NCBI GenBank assembly: GCA_964577845.1
Contig: CAZOAH010000011.1
Span: 1,916 to 65,915, forward strand
Source of the DNA: an uncultured Akkermansia sp.
GTDB taxonomy: Bacteria > Bacteroidota > Bacteroidia > Flavobacteriales_D > Crocinitomicaceae
Length of the DNA: 64,000 bases
Reading direction: 5' to 3'
Part shown: positions 50,687-59,055 of the stretch, one piece after another
Position numbering within the stretch: the stretch's first letter is position 1
Layout of the letters: every line of letters starts with the position of its first letter
Made by a program: the position numbers and the translations under genes
The notes under the pieces: generated by a model
Told to the model about the DNA's origin: nothing
Database searches by the model: none
Seen by the model: the letters and a program-made list of their open reading frames with translations, nothing else

Positions 50687-53600
50687 ATGAAAAAGTTGTT
50701 TGTTTTCATTGCCATTTTATCATGTGTTTTATATTCCGAAACATTAAATGCTCAAGTTTATGGGAATGAATGGATAAACTACAATCAAAAGTATTACGCT
50801 TTTAAGGTTGTTCAATCCGGAATCCACAAATTGGATCACTCAACATTAGTTTCATCAGGAATTCCTGTTTCATTATTTTCAAGTTCGAACATTCAAATTT
50901 TTGGGAAAGAAAGTGAAATACCAATTTACATTGAAGATGGCGGTGACAACCAGATCAATTCTGGAGATTTTATTCTTTTCTATGCCGAAAAAAATGATGG
51001 TTGGTTGGACACTAGTTTATATGAAAATCCTGAAGACCTCGGTAATCCAAAATACAGTTTATATAACGATACTATTGAGTATTTCTTTACATGGAACAGT
51101 CAAAACAGTAACAAACGATTTGTCGTTGAAAGTGATCAAGCCATTACCAATTATACTCCATCAAATTATGTTTTATTTGAGAAATTTCAATCATTTAACA
51201 GTGCCTACAACGAAGGAGAAAAAACCTCTGATGCGTCAAGTTCTTTTTACACTTCTGGAGAAGGCTGGGGACTTTCACCTGTAAATGGCGCCAGTGGATT
51301 CACGTGGACAAATTGGAGCAGTACCGTTTTGGATCATATTTATCAAGGACCAGACGCTCCTGATGTACTATACAATGCCGTAACAGTTGGTGTTTCCAAT
51401 GCAAATTTTACCGGTACAGGAAACCACCATTCGCGACACACAGTTGGAGCAAGTAATATAGTTATTGCGGATTCAATTTTTCAAGGCTACAAAGCCATTC
51501 ATTTCAATAAAAGTTTTAATCCAAACATAATACCCGCATCTGGTCAGACAAATTATAAAGTTTCGATTGTAAATGATCAAGGGGCGACAACGGATTTTCA
51601 ATCATTGAATTACTGGTCTTTTCTTTACCCCAGAAATCCTTCAGTTGGGAGTTTGATGAATTCATCTTTTAAGGTAATTAACAGTGCTTCGCAAACAAAA
51701 ATTAGAATTGATTTATCAAATATTACATCTTCAAATCCTGTTTTATTTGTTTTGGGTACAGCTCCAAAAAAAATCGCGTTAATACCAAATGGTAGCAACT
51801 ATTCTCTATTATTCGCCAATAGTCCCGATGGATCTGATCAAAAGGTTGTGATTGAAGATGCTTCTAATTTTAAAGTGATTAATTCATTGAAGGCTGTCAA
51901 TGGAAATGGAAGTTTTAATAATTATGCAAATACATCTATTTATAATGTTGAGCAGGCATTATTGATGATATATCACCCTAAATTGCAATCCGCGTCTGTA
52001 GAATACGCCTCATACCGCTCCAGCGATCCGAACGGAGGAAACTACAATGTAATTCTTGCCAATATCAATGAACTTTATCAACAATATGGGGGAGGAATTC
52101 CAAAACATATTAATGGAATAAGAAGATTTGCTCATCACATTTACGACTTGGCTACAGAAAAACCTTTGGGCTTGTTTTTAATGGGTAAAGGTATTCGAGA
52201 GGCGAATGTTTCTGGACTTTCTTCCACTGGTCCGGGAACTCGAAATAATGCAGTCAATTACGAATTATCACTTATACCTTCATTTGGTCAACCTTCAAGC
52301 GATGTATTAATTACTGCAAATTTACCAGGAACTACAAAATGGACACCGCTAATACCCACTGGAAGAATTTCAGTTCAAACGAATCAGGAACTGTTGGATT
52401 ATTTGGACAAGGTTAAACTATTTGATGCCAACCAAAATCAATCATCTGTTTATAATACTTCAACGAAAGATTGGCAAAAGCATGTATTACATTTTGTAGG
52501 CGGTACAAATGCTACGCAACAAAGTACTTTTCAGAGTTATATGACCACCTTAGAAACAAAAATTGAAAATGAATACTTTGGTGGCTTGGTACATACTTTT
52601 GCAAAAGTTGGGAATACGCCTTTAAGCCCTTCTGAACTGAATGTCATCATGGATCGCATTCAAGAAGGTGTTTCGTTGATAACATTTTTTGGACATGCTG
52701 CTCCAACTACGACTGGATTTGAAATTAACATTGACGAACCAGCAAATTGGAATAACAACGGAAAATACCCTTTGATTTTCACCAACTCTTGTTACAATGG
52801 CAACATATTTCAGTCAGGAAATTCCAAATCTGAAACTTTTGTTGGCATTGCAGGAAGCGGTGCAATTGGATATTTAGGGCAGATTAGTCTAGGTTTTGCA
52901 AATGTTCTAAATTCATACGCAAGTTTATTTTACAAACAAATTACTGAAATAAATTACGGTTCAACGATTGGTGAACAACTGAAAGCGACAGTTGCTTCCA
53001 TGGAATTCCCTGGTGCAGGGCTTGCCATAGAAAGCACAACGACACAAATGACATACAATGGTGACCCCATGATACGCTTAAATTATCATGAAAAACCTGA
53101 GATTGAACTTTTGGAAGAGAACATCACCTTTTCACCTCAAGAACTTGATCTTACCGTTGATAGTATAGAAATGCACATCACTTTAAAAAATTTGGGTAAA
53201 TCGATTACTGATACTTTTTCCTTAGAAGTCACAAGAGATTTTCCAAACAGCAATTCTGATTCAGTTTACGTATTTGCTATTCCTAATTTGGATTACACAT
53301 ATGATTTATCGTTTAAAATGCCTTTACAATCCAATATCGGTGTTGGCCTAAATAATTTTACAATCAAGGCAGATATACCTGATAATATCGATGAAATTTA
53401 TGATGAACTGAACAATAATCAAATCAATAAAACACTTTTTATCAATGTAGAAGGCATTCTTCCTGTAATACCTTATGAGTTTGCTGTTGTTCCGGATGAC
53501 AGCGTTACTTTAAAAGCTTCAACAGTGAATCCACTCGCTGAATTTAATACTTACAGGTTTGAAATAGACACGACAGACTTGTTTAATAGCCCGGAAAAAA

Positions 53601-55858
53601 GATATGCAGTGGTTTCAGGATTTGGAGGTGTAAAAGAAGTAAATCCAAGTCAATGGATATCGGCTTCTTCAGGAATAAACTTGCCATTGGTCTGTGAGGA
53701 CAGTATGGTTTATTTTTGGAGGGTAGCTATTGATGAGCCCAACCCAACTTGGAGGGAAAGTTCTTTTCAATATATTGTTGGTAAATCAGGCTGGGGACAA
53801 GACCATTTCTTTCAATTTAAAAAGAATGGATTTAATGGTATTGCCTATAATACAAGTCAAAGAAAAAGACTTTTTGGGCCTAATTTGAGGCAACTTACTT
53901 GTGACGTAAAAAGTTCTTCAGGCATTCCTGCCATTTATGAAAATGCATATTACCTAGATGGAAATCAAGAAGAATATGGGCTTTGCCTTACTACCCCAAG
54001 TTTATATGTTGCCGTAATTGATCCATTAACAATGGAACCTTGGGGCACTCGATTCTTTGATACCATAATGCAAAATCCAAACAATAACTTTGGCAATGCC
54101 AATGATCTTGGCGCTTGCCGCAATCGGGTAGAAAATTATTTTATTTTTCGACAGAATATCAGTTCTCAACTTGACAATTTCAACAGTATGATGGCCGCAA
54201 TACCAGACAGTCATTATATTCTGGTTTATTCTCCAATAACTGCACTTTATGATCAATGGCCCTCAACCGTATTTTCAACTTTCAGTGCTTTAGGTTCAGA
54301 TAGTATTGTTCCTGGTATTCCAAATTTACCTTTCGCATTTTTCTGCAAAAAAGGAGATACTTCAACAGTGGTTGAAGACATTGCTCAAGTTTTTGGAGAG
54401 GATATTCATATTGAAGCATTACTGGTTGGATCTGATTATATTGGGAAAGAAACATCCACTTTAATTGGACCTTCAGCAAATTGGGGAACTATATACTGGA
54501 AACAAGACGCATTAGAAACACCGACGTCAGACTCAACCATATTGAGTATTGAGGCATATAATGCTGCTGGCATTCTTCAACTTGTTATAGATACACTTTT
54601 TACCGCCAACGATTCAATTCTCTTGCTGAATAATCTGGTTAACGCACAAAATTATCCATTTATAAAATTGTCATCGCGTTACGAAGATTCATTAAACTTC
54701 ACTCCTGCCCAAATTGACAGATGGCATGTGTTGTACACCCCACTCCCTGAGGCCGCCATAGATGGAAGTAATGGCTATACTTGGCTGCCAAATAATGACA
54801 CTATAACCGAAGGACAGGAAGTGAAATTTGCCGTTGATATTAAAAATATTTTCTCTATCCCAATGGACTCAATTTTGGTGTCCTATTGGGTTCAAGACGC
54901 TAATGAAGTAAAGCATCTGATTAATTACAACAGACAGGACTCTTTACTAGTAAATGAAGTATTTAGAGATACCGTGACCTTTTCAACTATTGGTTTAAGC
55001 GGATATAATTCATTATGGATGGATTTAAATCCATATGTAAATGGAAGTTTATACATTACCGACCAACCGGAGCAGACACATTTCAATAATGTGCTTCAGT
55101 TACCATTTTATGTTATAAATGACGAAGAGCACCCTATTTTGGATGTCACTTTTGATGGTCAGCATATCTTAAATGGCGATATTGTTTCTCCTTTGAGTGA
55201 AATTCTTATATCTCTAAAGGATGAAAATCCATATTTAATTATGGACAACATCTCAGACACTACTCTTTTTGGTGTTTACATAACAGATCCAAATGGCTTA
55301 CAAAAGCGAATTCCATTCATTGATGCAAACGGAAATACCATAATGCAATGGATTCCTGCAGATAGTCAAAACAAGAGGTTTAAAATTATTTATCCTGGAA
55401 ATTTTGATTTGGATGGGATTTATTCCCTTCAAGTACAAGGATCTGATAGAAGCGGAAACCTTTCTGGAGACTTGGAATACCGTATAAACTTCGAGGTAGT
55501 TCATGAATCTACGATAACGCGTTTATTGAACTATCCAAATCCTTTTAGTACAAGTACAAAATTTGTGTTTACACTAACAGGTTCAGAAGTTCCTGATGAA
55601 ATACTTATTCAAATTTTGACTGTTACAGGAAAAGTGGTTCGAGAAATCACAGAAGATGAATTGGGTTCCATTCATATTGGAAGAAACATTACAGAATATG
55701 CATGGGATGGACGAGATGAATTTGGTGACCTTCTTGCAAATGGGGTTTATTTATACCGTGTGCTATCCGAAATTAATGGTGAATCCATAAAACTTCGTGA
55801 AACAAATGCGGACCAATATTTCACCAAAGAGTTTGGAAAAATGTACTTGTTTAGGTAA
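50687..55858 (+). CDS. PorU-like C25 (gingipain-family) cysteine peptidase, 1723 aa, with a T9SS-type C-terminal domain
   Basis: Signal peptide. PorU-like N-terminus (IQIFGKESEIPIYIEDGGDNQINSGDFILFYAEKNDGW). His670 in FFGHAAP (52694-52696) and Cys702 in FTNSCYNG (52790-52792), 32 residues apart as in the C25 dyad. C-terminal LLNYPNPFSTSTKFVFTL...WDGRDEFGDLLANGVYLYRV. Confidence 0.75.
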   Translation: MKKLFVFIAILSCVLYSETLNAQVYGNEWINYNQKYYAFKVVQSGIHKLDHSTLVSSGIPVSLFSSSNIQIFGKESEIPIYIEDGGDNQINSGDFILFYAEKNDGWLDTSLYENPEDLGNPKYSLYNDTIEYFFTWNSQNSNKRFVVESDQAITNYTPSNYVLFEKFQSFNSAYNEGEKTSDASSSFYTSGEGWGLSPVNGASGFTWTNWSSTVLDHIYQGPDAPDVLYNAVTVGVSNANFTGTGNHHSRHTVGASNIVIADSIFQGYKAIHFNKSFNPNIIPASGQTNYKVSIVNDQGATTDFQSLNYWSFLYPRNPSVGSLMNSSFKVINSASQTKIRIDLSNITSSNPVLFVLGTAPKKIALIPNGSNYSLLFANSPDGSDQKVVIEDASNFKVINSLKAVNGNGSFNNYANTSIYNVEQALLMIYHPKLQSASVEYASYRSSDPNGGNYNVILANINELYQQYGGGIPKHINGIRRFAHHIYDLATEKPLGLFLMGKGIREANVSGLSSTGPGTRNNAVNYELSLIPSFGQPSSDVLITANLPGTTKWTPLIPTGRISVQTNQELLDYLDKVKLFDANQNQSSVYNTSTKDWQKHVLHFVGGTNATQQSTFQSYMTTLETKIENEYFGGLVHTFAKVGNTPLSPSELNVIMDRIQEGVSLITFFGHAAPTTTGFEINIDEPANWNNNGKYPLIFTNSCYNGNIFQSGNSKSETFVGIAGSGAIGYLGQISLGFANVLNSYASLFYKQITEINYGSTIGEQLKATVASMEFPGAGLAIESTTTQMTYNGDPMIRLNYHEKPEIELLEENITFSPQELDLTVDSIEMHITLKNLGKSITDTFSLEVTRDFPNSNSDSVYVFAIPNLDYTYDLSFKMPLQSNIGVGLNNFTIKADIPDNIDEIYDELNNNQINKTLFINVEGILPVIPYEFAVVPDDSVTLKASTVNPLAEFNTYRFEIDTTDLFNSPEKRYAVVSGFGGVKEVNPSQWISASSGINLPLVCEDSMVYFWRVAIDEPNPTWRESSFQYIVGKSGWGQDHFFQFKKNGFNGIAYNTSQRKRLFGPNLRQLTCDVKSSSGIPAIYENAYYLDGNQEEYGLCLTTPSLYVAVIDPLTMEPWGTRFFDTIMQNPNNNFGNANDLGACRNRVENYFIFRQNISSQLDNFNSMMAAIPDSHYILVYSPITALYDQWPSTVFSTFSALGSDSIVPGIPNLPFAFFCKKGDTSTVVEDIAQVFGEDIHIEALLVGSDYIGKETSTLIGPSANWGTIYWKQDALETPTSDSTILSIEAYNAAGILQLVIDTLFTANDSILLLNNLVNAQNYPFIKLSSRYEDSLNFTPAQIDRWHVLYTPLPEAAIDGSNGYTWLPNNDTITEGQEVKFAVDIKNIFSIPMDSILVSYWVQDANEVKHLINYNRQDSLLVNEVFRDTVTFSTIGLSGYNSLWMDLNPYVNGSLYITDQPEQTHFNNVLQLPFYVINDEEHPILDVTFDGQHILNGDIVSPLSEILISLKDENPYLIMDNISDTTLFGVYITDPNGLQKRIPFIDANGNTIMQWIPADSQNKRFKIIYPGNFDLDGIYSLQVQGSDRSGNLSGDLEYRINFEVVHESTITRLLNYPNPFSTSTKFVFTLTGSEVPDEILIQILTVTGKVVREITEDELGSIHIGRNITEYAWDGRDEFGDLLANGVYLYRVLSEINGESIKLRETNADQYFTKEFGKMYLFR

Positions 55859-57094
55859 CTAAAAAAACCGACAACTAAAAACAGCTGTATCATCGATCAA
55901 ATCCAATTCTCCACGCCATTCGTCCAACTTGGAAAAAAGTAAATTATTCAAATCTTCCATTTTTAAGGGATAGAAGGAATTGACAAGCTTGATAAGTCGT
56001 TCAACGCCAAAATATTCGTTGTTTGCATTTTCAAGTTCAACAACACCATCTGTATACAGAAAGATGGTTGTATTGGGTTTAAGTGTTTTTTTTCCGGTTT
56101 GAATAAAAGGTAATTCATCTAACATCCCTAAACCAATGCAACCTTCGGTTAGCATTTCAACTTTCCTACCATTTGTAATAAACGGATGGTTATGGCCTGC
56201 ATTAATGTACTTCAATTCCCTTGTAGTTGCATTATAGTGTGCAATAAAGAAGGTAATGAATTTTTCACCCTTGGCACTTCGCATGACTTTCTTATTGAGT
56301 TCTTCTAACATAAACTCCAAATCAAAACGCTGATAATTGAATACCGTTCGAATGGTTGCTTGAAAGTTTGCCATAAGCAATGCAGCACCAATTCCCTTTC
56401 CGGAAACATCAGCGATGCAAATAACATATTCATCATCACCCAAGGGGATAAAATCATAGTAATCTCCTCCAACCTCATGTCGAGGTGTGTACTTTGCTGA
56501 AATATCCATTCGACGATTAGACGGAAGATCGGAAGGAAAAAGTAATCGTTGCATCTCAGAGGCTACTTCCAATTCTTTCTTAATTCTTGCCTGAATAAGA
56601 CTTTGTCCTGCCAATCGAATGTTTTCAATTGCAACAACAATGATATTGGTGAGTGTTTGAATAAATCCCAAGGTATCAAGCTCTTTAGATTTAACGATTG
56701 TATCAAAAGAGAAGTCCCCTTTCAAAAGCAAGAAAGCAATCGGACTTTTGTTGTGAAAAACAGGAATAACGATATCAAAAGCCTTTAAAAAATTGGAGTG
56801 AGATGATTGAATTTGTGTGATATCCTGAAACCTTAACAGTTCGCTTGATACATCTAAATCTTTAATACGCCCTTTGTAACCATTTTTAACGATGCAATCC
56901 CACTCATTGGACTTATTGAAAAGTATGAATCGCTGGATTCCAATTTGTTCATTGAGAATGAAACTGTAAATTCGTAATAATTGATCAACGCCAGCATTAT
57001 TGTTGATGGCCTTCGTTATTTCTAACAAAGAACTCAACATAAAATCCTTATCCTTGATTTGATCCTCAAGAATCTGCTCGCGCAATAGACTCAT
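55859..57094 (-). CDS. GAF-domain PP2C/SpoIIE-family serine phosphatase
   Basis: HEVGGDYYDF, IADVSGKGIGAALLM, LYTDGVVE, DDTAVF. The N-terminal ~170 aa are GAF-like. Confidence 0.8.
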   Translation of the reverse strand: MSLLREQILEDQIKDKDFMLSSLLEITKAINNNAGVDQLLRIYSFILNEQIGIQRFILFNKSNEWDCIVKNGYKGRIKDLDVSSELLRFQDITQIQSSHSNFLKAFDIVIPVFHNKSPIAFLLLKGDFSFDTIVKSKELDTLGFIQTLTNIIVVAIENIRLAGQSLIQARIKKELEVASEMQRLLFPSDLPSNRRMDISAKYTPRHEVGGDYYDFIPLGDDEYVICIADVSGKGIGAALLMANFQATIRTVFNYQRFDLEFMLEELNKKVMRSAKGEKFITFFIAHYNATTRELKYINAGHNHPFITNGRKVEMLTEGCIGLGMLDELPFIQTGKKTLKPNTTIFLYTDGVVELENANNEYFGVERLIKLVNSFYPLKMEDLNNLLFSKLDEWRGELDLIDDTAVFSCRFF

Positions 57095-58020
57095 TTGATT
57101 TTATCAATGATTTGAGGCAATCTTCTCAAAGAGGCCAATTCTCTAAATTTCTCTTTAACTTCTCCGCATGGACTTCCAAAATAGGTTTTGTTGCCTTCCA
57201 AATCCTTTGAAACGCCGGACTGGGCTAAAATAACTGCTCCCTCCCCTATTGTTAAATCGCTTGCAACACCCACTTGCCCCCAAAGAATGACACGGTTTTG
57301 AATTTTTGTACAACCAGCAATACCAACATTTGCAGCTAATAAGCAATCTTCGCCAATTTGAGTATCATGACCAATATGCACTTGATTGTCAATTTTAGTT
57401 CCCTTACCTATTTTCGTTACTCCGGTAACGCCAGCATCTATGGTACATAATGCCCCAACTTCAACATTACCTGCAATATGCACAGTTCCACAGGTATGCA
57501 TGCGATGATAACCATCCGTTTTTTTCTTGTAATAAAAAGCATTGAATCCAATAACGGTGTTCGGACCAATAATCGAGTTATCTTCTATAACTGTTCTGTC
57601 GGCAATAAATGCTCCTGAGTATATTACTACGTTTTCACCTATAACTACATTCTGACCGAGATGAACATTAGGATAAATAATGGCTGATGGGTGAATTTTC
57701 GATTCGTTAATTTCACCATTAAATTCATGTTTCAAAGGTGAAAAATGCAACGTTAATTTATTAAAATCGTCGAATGGCGTAGCTGAAATTAATAACCCTT
57801 TTCCTTCTGGGCATTTAACCTCTTTATCGATAATAATTGTTGTTGCAGCACTGTTTAATGCCTTATCATAATACTTAGGATGATCAACAAAAACCAAATC
57901 GCCATTTTCCACCATGTGAATTTCATTGATTCCGATAATTGTATGGTTGGGATCTCCAATGTATTTGCAATTCAAGAATTCAGCTATTTCAGACAATCGA
58001 TAAGACTTCGGCAATTTCAT
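57091..58020 (-). CDS. lpxD: UDP-3-O-acylglucosamine N-acyltransferase
   Basis: LSEIAEFLNCKYIGD N-terminus, then hexapeptide repeats (IGENVVIYSGAFIADRTVIEDNSIIGPNTVIG). Confidence 0.8.
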   Translation of the reverse strand: MKLPKSYRLSEIAEFLNCKYIGDPNHTIIGINEIHMVENGDLVFVDHPKYYDKALNSAATTIIIDKEVKCPEGKGLLISATPFDDFNKLTLHFSPLKHEFNGEINESKIHPSAIIYPNVHLGQNVVIGENVVIYSGAFIADRTVIEDNSIIGPNTVIGFNAFYYKKKTDGYHRMHTCGTVHIAGNVEVGALCTIDAGVTGVTKIGKGTKIDNQVHIGHDTQIGEDCLLAANVGIAGCTKIQNRVILWGQVGVASDLTIGEGAVILAQSGVSKDLEGNKTYFGSPCGEVKEKFRELASLRRLPQIIDKIK

Positions 58021-58152
58021 GACAACACTTTTTTTAAAATTACATCAGAGAAGAACGCAAAAAACAAATAAATAGCCTGTTTTATCACCTCATCTCTGTT
58101 AATACTATTTCATACTGGTAAAATCTTATTAAAATTGCAATTCATTAAGAAA

Positions 58153-59055
58153 ATGACAGCAACGCATTCAAAATTTAAAACCGCTATCAACGCAGCTTAT
58201 TTCAGTATTTTCGGGAATTTAGCTTTGGCTATAACGAAAGGAATAACGGGTTATTTTGGAAATTCTTTTGCGTTGATTGCAGATGCTATTGAATCGTCTT
58301 CAGATGTCTTTGCATCCCTTTTGGTGTTATTTGGTTTAAAATATGCTTCTCGACCACCTGATGAAAATCACCCTTATGGTCATGGAAAAATCGAACCATT
58401 AACCACGTTTGCCGTAGTTGGATTTTTACTCATTTCTGCAACCGTTATCTTTGTTCAGAGTATTGATAACGTTTTCACACCACATGATACGCCAGCACCT
58501 TTTACACTATACGTCCTCGGTGGTATCATTTTGATAAAGGAATTCTTCTATCGTTTTGTTATTCGAAAAAGTAAGGAAACGAACAGCAGTTCTTTAAAAG
58601 CTGATGCTTGGCACCATAGAAGTGACGCAATTACATCGCTCATGGCATTTATTGGGATTTCTGTAGGATTATATTGTGGTCCCGGATACGAAACTGCCGA
58701 TGACTATGCCGCTATGATCGCTTCACTTTTCATTGTTTATAATGCGTACCTTATTTTTCGTCCAGCTTTGGGTGAAATTATGGACGAGCATCTTCATGAT
58801 GCATTAATAGATGATATTCGCAAAGAAACCGAAAAAGTAAATGGTGTCATCGCAACCGAAAAATGCTATGTGCGAAAAATGGGAATGCACTATCTGATTG
58901 ATTTACATGTTGTCGTGAGTTCATCTCTTTCAGTAGGTGAAGGTCACGCAATTGCACACGCAGTCAAAGATCATCTAATAAACGAGATACCTGATATTTT
59001 GGATATTCTCATCCATATCGAACCCGACGAAATTACAGAAACGGCCTATTATTAA
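58153..59055 (+). CDS. Cation diffusion facilitator family transporter
   Basis: ALIADAIESSSDV, HHRSDAITS, C-terminal HIEPD. ATG at 58153 preferred over the TTG at 58135. Confidence 0.85.
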   Translation: MTATHSKFKTAINAAYFSIFGNLALAITKGITGYFGNSFALIADAIESSSDVFASLLVLFGLKYASRPPDENHPYGHGKIEPLTTFAVVGFLLISATVIFVQSIDNVFTPHDTPAPFTLYVLGGIILIKEFFYRFVIRKSKETNSSSLKADAWHHRSDAITSLMAFIGISVGLYCGPGYETADDYAAMIASLFIVYNAYLIFRPALGEIMDEHLHDALIDDIRKETEKVNGVIATEKCYVRKMGMHYLIDLHVVVSSSLSVGEGHAIAHAVKDHLINEIPDILDILIHIEPDEITETAYY

